A stretch of DNA of 64,000 bases, from positions 5,338-69,337 of the forward strand of contig JBDUBL010000002.1 of the NCBI GenBank assembly GCA_040004125.1. The letters run 5' to 3'. Positions 27,424 through 36,887 of this stretch are shown piece after piece. The position numbers were made by a program, and so were the translations under genes. The notes under the pieces were generated by a model that was not told where the DNA came from, did not search any database, and saw only the letters and a program-made list of their open reading frames with translations. The stretch's first letter is position 1; every line of letters begins with the position of its first letter. Source of the DNA: Actinomycetota bacterium (GTDB lineage Bacteria > Actinomycetota > UBA4738 > HRBIN12).

Positions 27424-28850
27424 GGCGGCGCGCCGCGGCTGATCAGCCGCTCCCGATATCGGATCGGCGCGTCACCGATCAGCGCGTAGAGCCTCCCTCG
27501 AGGGTGCCCCGCGTCCTGCCGAGCGTCGCCGCGTGCGAGCGCGAACGCCGCCGCACCCACCGCCGGGTATCGCAACGGCTCCGGCGGTGCCTTCGCGATC
27601 TCCGGTCGGTTGATGGCGAGCGACGTCCACGCATCCTCGAGCCCGAGGGCCGTCGAGGCCAGGATGTGCCCGCCGATGTAGGTCTGGACGAGCCCGTGGC
27701 CACTGAAGCCAAGCCCGGCATGCACGTTGCCCGGCTCGAGCGTTCGATAGAACGGCACGAAGGTCGGCGTCTGGTCGATCGGCCCACCCCACGCGTGCGT
27801 GAAGCGAACCCCTTCGAGCTGCGGGAACATCCAGAGCAACCCACGCGCAGGCGCCTCGGCGTAGTGCCGTGTGCTCGTCGCGGCACGGCCGCTTCCACGA
27901 CCTCCGTAGACCGCGGCACCCGCGCCACCGCCGATCACGATGCGCCCGTCGTCCGTGGGTCGCAGGTAGTAGAGCCATTCCCGTCCGTCCGCGATCCCCA
28001 CCTGGGACGTCCAGCCGATCTCCTTGAGCAGATGCGGGATCGGTTCGGTCGCCACGACGTAGTCCGCGATGACCCCGAAGCTCCGACGGAACGGGGCGAG
28101 CTCCGCCGCCCAGGCGCCCGTCGTCAGCACGACCCGATCCGCTTTGACCGCGCCATGCTCGGTGCGCACGACCGCCGGCCGCGACCGTTCGAGCCCCGTC
28201 ATCCGCGTGCGCTCGAACAGGTGGACCCCGCGCTCGAGCGCGACCCGACGAAGCCCCCTCGCGAGTCGCGCCGGCTGGCAGACCGCGCCGTCCGCAAAGA
28301 AGGCGCCGGCCAAAAAGCGAGGGGAGTCGGCGTGTGCACGCGTCTGCTCGGCGGTCAGCACCTCGACCCGATCCGTGATCCCGAGTCGCTCGAACGCGGC
28401 GAGGTCGCCCCCGAAGCCCGGCTGCCAGGCGCCGGTGCGGGCGCCCAACGTCCCGTTCTTGTGGAACCAGCAGTCGATGTCGTTGGCCGCGGCGAACGAC
28501 CCGATCGCGTCGATCGCGTCGGCTTGCACGGCGCCGTAGCGAAGACCCTCTTCGTCGCCGAACAAACCCACGATCGCGTCGATATCGAACCACGAGGCCG
28601 ACAGGAAGCCACCGTTACGCCCGCTCGCGCCGCCGCCCGCGATGTCCTGTTCGATCAACGCGATGCGGACGCCCGGCTGCCGCTCGGTGAGCTGGATCGC
28701 GGTCCATAGCCCGGCGAACCCGCCGCCGACGATGCAGACGTCGGCCACGAGATACCGCTCGAGGGGCGGCGCAGGCTCACCGGGATCGTCGGCGAGCGCT
28801 TCCTGCAGCCAGAAGCTGCGCGCCGCGCCGGGCGACGGCATGTCGATCAT
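27417..28850 (-). CDS. FAD-dependent oxidoreductase (DAO family, gamma-glutamylputrescine-oxidase PuuB-like)
   Basis: VCIVGGGFAGLWTA dinucleotide fold. Length and layout match the DAO family. ATG 28850 sits in an ATGA overlap with the upstream gene. Confidence 0.75.
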   Translation of the reverse strand: MIDMPSPGAARSFWLQEALADDPGEPAPPLERYLVADVCIVGGGFAGLWTAIQLTERQPGVRIALIEQDIAGGGASGRNGGFLSASWFDIDAIVGLFGDEEGLRYGAVQADAIDAIGSFAAANDIDCWFHKNGTLGARTGAWQPGFGGDLAAFERLGITDRVEVLTAEQTRAHADSPRFLAGAFFADGAVCQPARLARGLRRVALERGVHLFERTRMTGLERSRPAVVRTEHGAVKADRVVLTTGAWAAELAPFRRSFGVIADYVVATEPIPHLLKEIGWTSQVGIADGREWLYYLRPTDDGRIVIGGGAGAAVYGGRGSGRAATSTRHYAEAPARGLLWMFPQLEGVRFTHAWGGPIDQTPTFVPFYRTLEPGNVHAGLGFSGHGLVQTYIGGHILASTALGLEDAWTSLAINRPEIAKAPPEPLRYPAVGAAAFALARGDARQDAGHPRGRLYALIGDAPIRYRERLISRGAPPQ

Positions 28851-29236
28851 GACCTTGCCTTCCGGCCGAACCATACCGAGGTCACCACGCGCGCCACGCC
28901 GACGAACAGCGCCCCGAACACGACCGCGACCACCGCAAAGGTGAGGATCTCCCCGGCGTTCCACGCCTGCACGAATGTGGCGCGGACGACGACGCCCAAG
29001 GGGATGCCCAGGACCAAGGTCAGCAGAAGACCCGTGTTGGACGGCGGGCGGTAGGTGCCGAGGAGCCAGGCCGTCACGAGCCAGGCGACGACGAAGATCG
29101 CCGCCAGCGCCACGAACCGCGCGGCGACGTCCTCGCCGTGGCGATCGAGCCCGATCGCGAGGAACACGAGCAGCCCGAGGAGGTCGCCCACCAGCGTGGC
29201 GCGCGTCAGGTTCGAGCCGTCAGTCATCGGCCGCAT
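28847..29236 (-). CDS. DUF3054-like small membrane protein
   Basis: Four-TM protein with a DLLGLLVFLAIGLDRHGE motif. The start is ATG 29236 or 29227. Confidence 0.6.
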   Translation of the reverse strand: MRPMTDGSNLTRATLVGDLLGLLVFLAIGLDRHGEDVAARFVALAAIFVVAWLVTAWLLGTYRPPSNTGLLLTLVLGIPLGVVVRATFVQAWNAGEILTFAVVAVVFGALFVGVARVVTSVWFGRKARS

Positions 29237-29275
29237 CGGCCTATCATCGCAGGCGCTCGGCCGTACGCTGGAGCT

Positions 29276-29665
29276 ATGGGAACCGTCACCGTGGCCTACG
29301 ACGAGGATTGCGGCCTCTGCCGCTGGACCGCCGATCGGCTCCGCCGATGGGATCGCGTTGGAGCGCTCGCTTTCATGCCGATCCAGGCCTCCGACGACCT
29401 GCTCGCCGCGGTGCCGCCGGCGCGGCGTCTCGACGCGATGCACGCCGTCACCTCCGACGGCCGTGTCTTCACGGGTGGCGCGGCCGTGCCCGTCATCCTG
29501 CGCGTGCTTCCGGGAGGCCCGCCACTCGCCGTGCTCGCCGAAACAGCGCCGGGCGTCACCGATGTCGTCTATCGGGCGATCGTTGCCCGACGCGTCCGCA
29601 TCGGCGCGCTGCTCGGTGAAGACGCGTGCGCGGTCGATCCAGGCAGACCGACGTCGGCGTCTTGA
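29276..29665 (+). CDS. DCC1-like thiol-disulfide oxidoreductase (DUF393)
   Basis: N-terminal VAYDEDCGLCRW CxxC motif characteristic of the family. Confidence 0.7.
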   Translation: MGTVTVAYDEDCGLCRWTADRLRRWDRVGALAFMPIQASDDLLAAVPPARRLDAMHAVTSDGRVFTGGAAVPVILRVLPGGPPLAVLAETAPGVTDVVYRAIVARRVRIGALLGEDACAVDPGRPTSAS

Positions 29666-30052
29666 TCCCAGCGGAGACACTCGAGGACCTTCGCGCGGTC
29701 GCCGATCCGATACGGCTGCCCGGCATGTCGCCGGTCGGTATCGACACGACCAACGCGCTCGGCGTCTCGGTGCCGAACATCCGTCGGATCGCGAAAGGGG
29801 GCCGGGACCATCCCGCAGCGTTCTCGTTCGCGGAGATGACACGCTGGGCGGGCGATCTGGACTCGTGGGATCTGACCGACCTGCTCGCCGAGACGTTCGC
29901 GGCAACCATCCACGTTGACCGCGCGATCCGCACGTGGAGCCGTGCACGGCACGGGTTCAGAGACGCTGCTGACACTCGACGAACGCAGCGCGCGATGGAT
30001 CGCCCGCGACGCGCTGCGCGACCCCGCGGTCGTAGCCCGGATCAGACGCTGA
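29626..30052 (+). pseudogene. DNA alkylation repair protein (AlkD-like HEAT-repeat) remnant
   Basis: Recognisable blocks are GVSVPNIRRIAKGGRDH, AEMTRWAGDLDSWDLTD and, in another frame, DERSARWIARDALRD followed by TGA at 30050-30052. The blocks between them are missing, and the frame shifts near 29950. Confidence 0.5.
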
Positions 30053-30938
30053 GCAACGCCGGTGCGAGGGTGCGAAGCGCAAGGAGGTCCGCCTCGGCGT
30101 CGAGGGACCCGATCACCTGGACACAGACATGGTCCGCGCCCGCCTGCACATGCTCGCGCACGCGCGCCACGATCGCGTCGGCCCCCCAGGCGAACCCGGC
30201 GTCCAGCAGCCGGTCCGAGCCCGAGCCGGCAACGTCCTCGTCGTCGAATCCGAGCCGGCGCCAATTGTTTGCGTAGTTCGGAAGCTCGAGGTAGTGCCGG
30301 GCCCACGCACGGGCGAGCGCACGCGCCTCTGCGTCATCCGAGGTGAGCATCACTCCCTGTTCGACCGCGAGCACCGGCTTGGGGCCGAGCACCCGTCGGG
30401 CGTGCGCCGTGTGGGCGACCGGCACGAAGTAGGTATGCGCACCCAGGGCGTGGGCAGACGACAGTCGCAGCATCCCGTCCCCGAGCGCCGCGAGCAGTCG
30501 CGGCGCGGACGGGAGCGCATCCGCCGCGGCATCCATCGCGTCCAGATAGCTGCGCATGCGCATCAGCGGACGGTCCCACGCGATCCCCCGGCGCTCGGTC
30601 GAGTACTCGTGCCCGATCCCGACGCCGAGCGCGAGGCGTTTTGGATAGGCGTCCGCAAGCAGGGAAGCGCCGCGCGCGAGCACATCCGGCGCGCGAGCAG
30701 TGACGTTGGCGATCCCCGAGGCCACCGTCAGGTGCCGGCTCGACGCGAGCAACCACGACAGCTGGGCCAAGATGTCGGGGGATCCGGAACCTTCAGGGAT
30801 CCACAGCGCCGGATACCCGAGCGTCTCGATCGTGCGGACATCGACGGCAACGGCGGCGGCGCCCCGCCCGTCGAACCCGAAGGTCCACACCCCAACGCGC
30901 CCGAGTGCGCGGCGAACGGTGTCGGCCTCGGCTCCCAC
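30042..30938 (-). CDS. LLM-class (luciferase-like) F420-dependent oxidoreductase
   Basis: LGRVGVWTF N-terminus and overall luciferase-like TIM-barrel pattern. GTG start. Confidence 0.75.
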   Translation of the reverse strand: MGAEADTVRRALGRVGVWTFGFDGRGAAAVAVDVRTIETLGYPALWIPEGSGSPDILAQLSWLLASSRHLTVASGIANVTARAPDVLARGASLLADAYPKRLALGVGIGHEYSTERRGIAWDRPLMRMRSYLDAMDAAADALPSAPRLLAALGDGMLRLSSAHALGAHTYFVPVAHTAHARRVLGPKPVLAVEQGVMLTSDDAEARALARAWARHYLELPNYANNWRRLGFDDEDVAGSGSDRLLDAGFAWGADAIVARVREHVQAGADHVCVQVIGSLDAEADLLALRTLAPALLSV

Positions 30939-30965
30939 GCGGCGGAGCCTACCCCGGGAACGACA

Positions 30966-30996
30966 GAAGGGGGCGGCTCGGGCAGCCGCCCCCTTC
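30966..30996 (-). terminator. 13-bp GC-rich hairpin downstream of the MMPL gene
   Basis: GAAGGGGGCGGCT (30966-30978) pairs with AGCCGCCCCCTTC (30984-30996) around a 5-nt loop. On the minus strand it is followed by a T-containing stretch (TGTCGTTCC). Confidence 0.55.
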
Positions 30997-31020
30997 CGGG
31001 ATCGAACGCGAGTCTGCGCG

Positions 31021-33327
31021 CTAGCTCTGGTCGCGCGCGTCTACCAGCTCGGGGACCTCGATCGTCGCATCGTGACCTTCCACATCGATCTTCGGAAGCC
31101 ACTGGAGCCACGACGGCAGGTACCAGTTCCGATCGCCCAGCAGCTTCATCGCCGAAGGCACCATGACCGATCGCACGAGCGTCGCATCCAGGAATACCGC
31201 CACCGCCAATCCGAAGCCCATCTGCTCGAGCCCGGCGATCCGTCCGGACGCGAAGGCTGCGAACACGGCCACCATGATGATGGCTGCACCCGTGATGATC
31301 CCGCCCGTGGTCCGTAGACCGAACGCCACGGCCTCGGCGTTGTCGCCCGACTTGTCGTACTCCTCACGGATCCGGGTCAGCAAGAACACCTGGTAGTCCA
31401 TCGAGAGCCCGAACAGGATCGAGAACAGGAACAACGGCAACCAGGACTCGATCGCATCGACCTGGATGAACCCGAAGCGGTGCGCGATCGAGGCCGCGAA
31501 CGACGGGCCGCCCTTCTGGAAGATCAACACGATCAGCCCGTACGCGGCGCCCACCGACAGCAGGTTCATCACGATGGCCTTCGCGGGCACCACGATCGAC
31601 CGGAACACGACCGTCAGCAGGAGGAACGAGAGCAGAAGCACCAGCACGATGATGATGGGCGTGTACTGGTCGGAGATGTCGAAGAAGTCCTTGACGATCG
31701 CCGTGTCGCCGCCCACGAGCACACCGGAGCTCTGCCCGAACGCCGCCGGCACGTAGGTATCGCGCAGGCGTGTGATGGCATTGACCGCCACCTCGCTCGA
31801 CGCGTCGGCCGCCTCTCCGGCCATTGGGATCCGAACCAGGGTGACCGAGCCATCCTGGCTGCTGAGCGGGGGCTGCGGTGCCCCGAACGCTGTGTCGTTC
31901 GCGACCGCCACGGTCAGCGCCTGGATGCCCTGATCTCCCGACGCAACGGTCGCCGGAACGACGACGTCCGCCGTCGCCTGCTGGCCGGCCGCCGGGAACT
32001 TCGCGATGAGGACGTCGAACGCCTCCTTCGTTTGGATCCCATCGGGGATGGTCGCGATACCCGAGAACCCCGTCCTGATCCCGCGACCGTTGTCGCCGGG
32101 ATGCGACTGCGCCCAGTACGGGATCGACAGCGCGATCATGAAGGTCGCGGCGAGCACCAGCCACAGGACCGGTCGCGCCATGACGCCGCGGCTTACCCGG
32201 TCCCAGAACCCACCCGGACGTCCACGCTCCAATGTGCGGCCGCGGCCGAACACACGGCCCGGCTTGACCAGCCTGTCACCGAACAACGCCATCAGCGCCG
32301 GCAGCATCGTCATCGAAAGTGCGATCGACACCAACACCACCAAGATCGCGCCTCCGGAAAGCGCCTTGAAGATCGTGCTCGGGATCAGCAGCATCCCTGC
32401 AAGGGCGATCATGACGGTGACGCCACTGAAGAACACCGCGCGGTTCGCCGTGGCCCCCGAGTGGCCGATCGCCTCAAGCGTGTCGCGACCTCGAGCGCGC
32501 TCTTCTCGGAACCGAGACACGATGAACAGCGAGTAATCGATCCCGACCGCCAAGCCCAGCATCGAGATCAGGTTGGTCACGAAGAAGCTGAAGTGCCAGA
32601 TCTGGCCGATCACCCCCACGAGTCCGAGGGCGGTCGTGATCGCCAGGATGCCCATAGCGATCGGGGTGAGGCCCGCAAGCAGCGAGCCGAACACGATCAA
32701 CAGCACGATGATCGCCACAAGGATGCCGATGCCATCGCCCTTCTTGAAGTCCTCGTCGGAGATCTTCTTGAAGTCCGCGGTCGACGTCGGCTCACCAAGC
32801 GCGTACATCTGCGTGTCGCCGGTGGAATACCGCGCGCGGATCGCCTCGAGTTCGGCGACGTGCGAAGCGGTTTGGTCGGTGTCCCCTGTCAGGACGACGG
32901 TGAACAACACGGCGGTGCCGTCCTCCGAGTCGATCGGGCCGAGCGCGGCCACCTGCGGGTCCTTCTCACCGGCGGGAAGCGGGAACCCCGAGGGCACCGT
33001 CGTGACCACATCGGAGCCGAGGGCCCGAAGATCGTCCAGGGCGGCATTGACCGTTGCAGCGAACGCCGGATCCTGGACGGCACCATCGCCCCCGGTGATC
33101 ACGAACGTCTCGGGGATCACGTCTTGCTTGAGGTTGCTCGCCGCAAGGATCTGCTGGGCGCGCTTGGCCTCGGGGTTGTTCGTGAAGTCGAAGTCGGTCG
33201 TCAGGACCGGTCCAAGCAGCGTGGACGCCGCGATGATCCCGGCGACCAGGATGGCCCCCCAGATTCCCACGGTTCGCCACGGGTGCCGGCTGCTTGCTCG
33301 AGCCAATGATTCCGGGTTCAGCTTCAT
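31021..33327 (-). CDS. MMPL/RND-superfamily membrane transporter
   Basis: 768 aa with two 6-TM bundles and two large extracytoplasmic loops, typical of MMPL organisation. Confidence 0.85.
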   Translation of the reverse strand: MKLNPESLARASSRHPWRTVGIWGAILVAGIIAASTLLGPVLTTDFDFTNNPEAKRAQQILAASNLKQDVIPETFVITGGDGAVQDPAFAATVNAALDDLRALGSDVVTTVPSGFPLPAGEKDPQVAALGPIDSEDGTAVLFTVVLTGDTDQTASHVAELEAIRARYSTGDTQMYALGEPTSTADFKKISDEDFKKGDGIGILVAIIVLLIVFGSLLAGLTPIAMGILAITTALGLVGVIGQIWHFSFFVTNLISMLGLAVGIDYSLFIVSRFREERARGRDTLEAIGHSGATANRAVFFSGVTVMIALAGMLLIPSTIFKALSGGAILVVLVSIALSMTMLPALMALFGDRLVKPGRVFGRGRTLERGRPGGFWDRVSRGVMARPVLWLVLAATFMIALSIPYWAQSHPGDNGRGIRTGFSGIATIPDGIQTKEAFDVLIAKFPAAGQQATADVVVPATVASGDQGIQALTVAVANDTAFGAPQPPLSSQDGSVTLVRIPMAGEAADASSEVAVNAITRLRDTYVPAAFGQSSGVLVGGDTAIVKDFFDISDQYTPIIIVLVLLLSFLLLTVVFRSIVVPAKAIVMNLLSVGAAYGLIVLIFQKGGPSFAASIAHRFGFIQVDAIESWLPLFLFSILFGLSMDYQVFLLTRIREEYDKSGDNAEAVAFGLRTTGGIITGAAIIMVAVFAAFASGRIAGLEQMGFGLAVAVFLDATLVRSVMVPSAMKLLGDRNWYLPSWLQWLPKIDVEGHDATIEVPELVDARDQS

Positions 33328-33363
33328 GGTGTGCCCCCCTCACTCCCGCCGGAGTGTCTTGAC

Positions 33364-33410
33364 GTACGGTGTATGCTTACGGTGTACGGAGAATAGGTGT
33401 ACAGCGTAAG
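33364..33410. promoter_or_regulatory. Candidate TetR operator: three TACGGTGTA-type half-sites, including an inverted repeat
   Basis: TACGGTGTA occurs at 33365-33373 and 33378-33386. CTTACGGTGTAC (33376-33387) matches the reverse complement of GTACAGCGTAAG (33399-33410) at 11 of 12 positions. The site lies in the 117-nt mmpL/tetR divergent region. Confidence 0.45.
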
Positions 33411-33444
33411 TGTGTCAACCCCTGAAAAGGAAGCTTCGGACAAG

Positions 33445-34113
33445 ATGGGACGAACGGCAACTCCGGCAACTCCCGCCAAACAGCGAACGCCGCTCACGCG
33501 GGAACGGATCACGCAGGCCGCGCTGCACATCATGGACACCGAAGGACTCGAGGCGGTGTCGATGCGCCGCGTCGCTCGCGAGGTCGGGGTCGAGGCGATG
33601 TCCCTCTATCACCACGTTCGCGACAAGGACGACCTCCTCAACGGCGTCGTCGAGCAGGTCATGCGCGAGTTTCCGTTTCCGCAGGAGCCCGTCGGCGACG
33701 ACTGGCTCGAGGCCGGCCGCGAGATCGCGCGCGGCTGGCGCGATCTGTTGCGCACCCACCCGAGCGCGATCCAATTGTTCGCCGAACGCAAGAGCCCGAG
33801 CGCTTCGGAAGAGAGCCTTCGCCCGATGGACGTCGCCCTGACCGCGCTCCGCAACGCAGGCTTATCCGACCGCGACGCTGTCCAGGCCTTCCACACGATC
33901 GGCGGCTACATCTTCGGCTACGTGATGATGGAGACGGGCCGGCTCTTCGGCGACCCGGCCGCTGCCCACGACTTTCCCGACGTCTCCCCCGAACAGCTCC
34001 CGAGCGTGGCTGCGTGCGCCCCGTTCCTCGCGAACTGCGACTTCGACGAACAGTTCGAGTTCGGGCTCGACCTGATGATCGAGGGGCTGCGCGCGAAGGT
34101 CGGGGCCAACTGA
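33445..34113 (+). CDS. TetR/AcrR-family transcriptional regulator
   Basis: N-terminal HTH region ITQAALHIMDTEGLEAVSMRRVAREVGVEAMSLYHHV. It is divergent from the MMPL gene. Confidence 0.85.
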   Translation: MGRTATPATPAKQRTPLTRERITQAALHIMDTEGLEAVSMRRVAREVGVEAMSLYHHVRDKDDLLNGVVEQVMREFPFPQEPVGDDWLEAGREIARGWRDLLRTHPSAIQLFAERKSPSASEESLRPMDVALTALRNAGLSDRDAVQAFHTIGGYIFGYVMMETGRLFGDPAAAHDFPDVSPEQLPSVAACAPFLANCDFDEQFEFGLDLMIEGLRAKVGAN

Positions 34114-34544
34114 TGGAGGTCGACGCGTTCCTCGCGGATTCGGTGCAGGCAGCGGGCGGCAAGCTGCACGCGCTCGGTATCGGGTGGCGCGTGATCCAGG
34201 CGTCGGCGTTCCCGGCCCGTCACGATCGGATCGGGCTCGGCCTACTGGTCCGCACCGATCCCTCGGAAGCGGGAGCCCACACGCTCAGTGTTTCCCTGCT
34301 GGATCCCGTCGGGAGGCCGCGACCCTTCGGCGAAGGCACCGCCTTCGAAGCGCGGTTCGTCTCGCCCGAGGGCGAGGGCACCGCGACGCTGGCCCTGAAC
34401 CTCGACGGTCTGATCTTCGAGGCCGAAGGGGACCACACGGTCGTGCTGGCGATCGACGCGCGCGAGGCCGCCCGGCTTCCGTTTCGCGTGCAGACTCGAC
34501 CGGAGCCGCCCGCGAGCGAGTTTCGCACCGGCGTCTACCTCTAA
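34113..34544 (+). CDS. Hypothetical protein (DUF6941-like by recollection)
   Basis: MEVDAFLADSVQAAGGKLHALGIGW... The ATG overlaps the tetR TGA by 1 nt (TGATG). Confidence 0.55.
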   Translation: MEVDAFLADSVQAAGGKLHALGIGWRVIQASAFPARHDRIGLGLLVRTDPSEAGAHTLSVSLLDPVGRPRPFGEGTAFEARFVSPEGEGTATLALNLDGLIFEAEGDHTVVLAIDAREAARLPFRVQTRPEPPASEFRTGVYL

Positions 34545-34574
34545 CGCGGGACCCGCTTCCCACGACATAAACGT

Positions 34575-36884
34575 TTGCGCTGTGCTCAAGCTAACCTTCC
34601 CCGGGGCCGATGGAAGGGCATCCGGAACCCGCCGGAACCATCGACCTGCAGGAGCCTGGTGGACGAGCACGCCGAGCACGGTGGCCCCGATCCGCATGCG
34701 ATCGAGTCTGGGTTCTTCGCATCCTCCGATGCGGGACCCGATGCGTCGTCGCGCCTAGCCGACCTCGAAGCGCGATACCGAGGATTGATCGATCACCTGC
34801 CCGCAGTGCTCTACATCGACGGGGTCGAAGACGACGACTCGATGGTCGACGTGAGCCCCGGCATCCAGGACCTGCTCGGTATCAGTCGCGAGACGTGGCT
34901 CAGCGGCGTCCTCGAGTGGCGTCACTATCTGCACGCCGACGACCACGACCGTGTGCTCGCCGAAAGCGACCGATGCTCGGCGACGGGTGAGCCCTTCCAT
35001 TGCGAGTACCGGGCGATCCACGCGGACGGGCATGTCGTGTCGATCCGCGAAGACTCCGTGCTGATCCGCGACGCCGCCGGCGCACCGCTGTACTGGCTCG
35101 GCATCATGCTCGACGTCACCGAGTTGGTCGATGCGCAGCGCGACCTGCACCACCTGCAGAGCACCTATGGCGCGTTGGTGGAGCAGATCCCGGCGATCGT
35201 CTATCAGGACGCGACCGATGAGAGCTGGACGACCGTCTACGTCTCGCCGCAGATCACGAATCTGCTCGGCGTCACGCCCGAAGAGTGGATCGGCGACAGC
35301 AAGCTGTGGTCCGAGATGATGCACGACGACGATCGCGAACGCGCGATCGAAGAGGTCGAGCGTGGCATCGCGTCCGGCGACCCGTACACGGTCGAGTACC
35401 GCATGGTCGGGCGCGACGGACGCGTCAAATGGTTCCAGGACACCGCGGTGATGCTGCCCGACAGCGAGGGCAAGCCCGCCTTCACCCACGGCGTGATGCT
35501 CGACATCACCGAGCGTCGCGAGGCCGAGGAGCGTCTGACCTACCTCGCCTACCACGACAACCTCACCGGGATGCCGAATCGCGCGATGTTCGATGAGCTG
35601 CTCGAGCTCTCGCTGGCGCGCGCGAGACGTGCCGACCGTGGCGTGGCGGTGCTGGCGCTCGACATCGACAACTTCAAGCTGGTGAACGACTCGCTCGGTC
35701 ACGACGCCGGTGACCGCCTGATCGGCCAGGTGGCGCTCCGCCTGCAAGACGCCACCCGTGACACCGACCTGGTCGCCCGCTCGGGCGGTGACGAGTTCCT
35801 CATGCTGCTCGCCGACCTGGATCAGATCTCACCGGTGAACGATGAGAACGGCGGCGCGCTGACCGCGCAGGCGGTCGCGAACCGGGTCCTGCAATCGTTC
35901 GAAGCTCCCTTCGAGGTCGACGGCACCGAGCTCTACGTGACCGCATCGATCGGCATCAGCGTGTTCCCGCTCGATGCCGCCGACGCGACGAGCCTGATGC
36001 GCAACGCCGACAGCGCGATCTACCTCGCCAAGGCCGCCGGGCCTGGCGGCTACGTGCTCAACCACCTCGAGAACGAGGGCGCACTCAGCAAGCTCTCGCT
36101 GTCCACGCGGCTTCGAAAAGCGGTCGAGCAACAGGACTGGACCCTGCACTACCAGCCGCTGATCGACCTGTTCAGCGGCGACATGTTCGGCGTCGAGGCG
36201 TTGATCCGCTGGCCGGACCCCTCCGGCGGCCTGGTGCCGCCTGGGGACTTCATCCCGCTCGCAGAAGAGATGGGGCTGATCGAAGCGATCGGCGCCTGGG
36301 TGGTCGAGGAGATCTGCCGGCAAGACGAGATCTGGCGTACCGAAGGGCTCGAGCTCGAGATCGGATTCAACCTGTCTCCGCGGCAGCTGTGGCAGCCCGA
36401 CCCCGTCGGCCGGATCGCCGATCAGATCGAGAACGCGGGGATCGATCCCCAACGGATCACCGTCGAGATCACCGAGTCCACCGCGATGCACGATCCCGAC
36501 CGGACGCTTGGCGTGCTGCACGGCTTCAAGGACCACGGACTCAAGCTGGCGATCGACGACTTCGGCACGGGGTACTCCTCGCTGTCGCGGCTGCGATACA
36601 TGCCGGTCGACGTGTTGAAGATCGACCGCACGTTCATCCGCGATGTCAACAGCGACGCGCAGAGCGCAAGCATGGTTTCGGCGATCATCGCGCTCGCCTC
36701 CAACCTGAAGATGAACCCGCTGGCCGAAGGGATCGAGACCGAAGAGGAGTGGCGGTTCCTGGCGGCGCGCGGCTGTGCGGCCGGCCAAGGCTTCCTGTTC
36801 TCTCGGCCGGTGCCTGCCGAAGAGATCACGGCGATGCATCGTCGCGCGGGTCTCACCGTGGTCCAGGGCGGCCTCGCCGTCTGA
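34575..36884 (+). CDS. PAS-PAS-GGDEF-EAL c-di-GMP turnover protein
   Basis: Two PAS-like modules. I-site RDTD followed by SGGDEF. EAL domain with EALIRW, DDFGTGYSS, KIDRTF, EGIETEEE and GQGFLFSRP. The true start is uncertain and I give the longest ORF. Confidence 0.8.
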   Translation: MRCAQANLPRGRWKGIRNPPEPSTCRSLVDEHAEHGGPDPHAIESGFFASSDAGPDASSRLADLEARYRGLIDHLPAVLYIDGVEDDDSMVDVSPGIQDLLGISRETWLSGVLEWRHYLHADDHDRVLAESDRCSATGEPFHCEYRAIHADGHVVSIREDSVLIRDAAGAPLYWLGIMLDVTELVDAQRDLHHLQSTYGALVEQIPAIVYQDATDESWTTVYVSPQITNLLGVTPEEWIGDSKLWSEMMHDDDRERAIEEVERGIASGDPYTVEYRMVGRDGRVKWFQDTAVMLPDSEGKPAFTHGVMLDITERREAEERLTYLAYHDNLTGMPNRAMFDELLELSLARARRADRGVAVLALDIDNFKLVNDSLGHDAGDRLIGQVALRLQDATRDTDLVARSGGDEFLMLLADLDQISPVNDENGGALTAQAVANRVLQSFEAPFEVDGTELYVTASIGISVFPLDAADATSLMRNADSAIYLAKAAGPGGYVLNHLENEGALSKLSLSTRLRKAVEQQDWTLHYQPLIDLFSGDMFGVEALIRWPDPSGGLVPPGDFIPLAEEMGLIEAIGAWVVEEICRQDEIWRTEGLELEIGFNLSPRQLWQPDPVGRIADQIENAGIDPQRITVEITESTAMHDPDRTLGVLHGFKDHGLKLAIDDFGTGYSSLSRLRYMPVDVLKIDRTFIRDVNSDAQSASMVSAIIALASNLKMNPLAEGIETEEEWRFLAARGCAAGQGFLFSRPVPAEEITAMHRRAGLTVVQGGLAV

Positions 36885-36887
36885 GCA

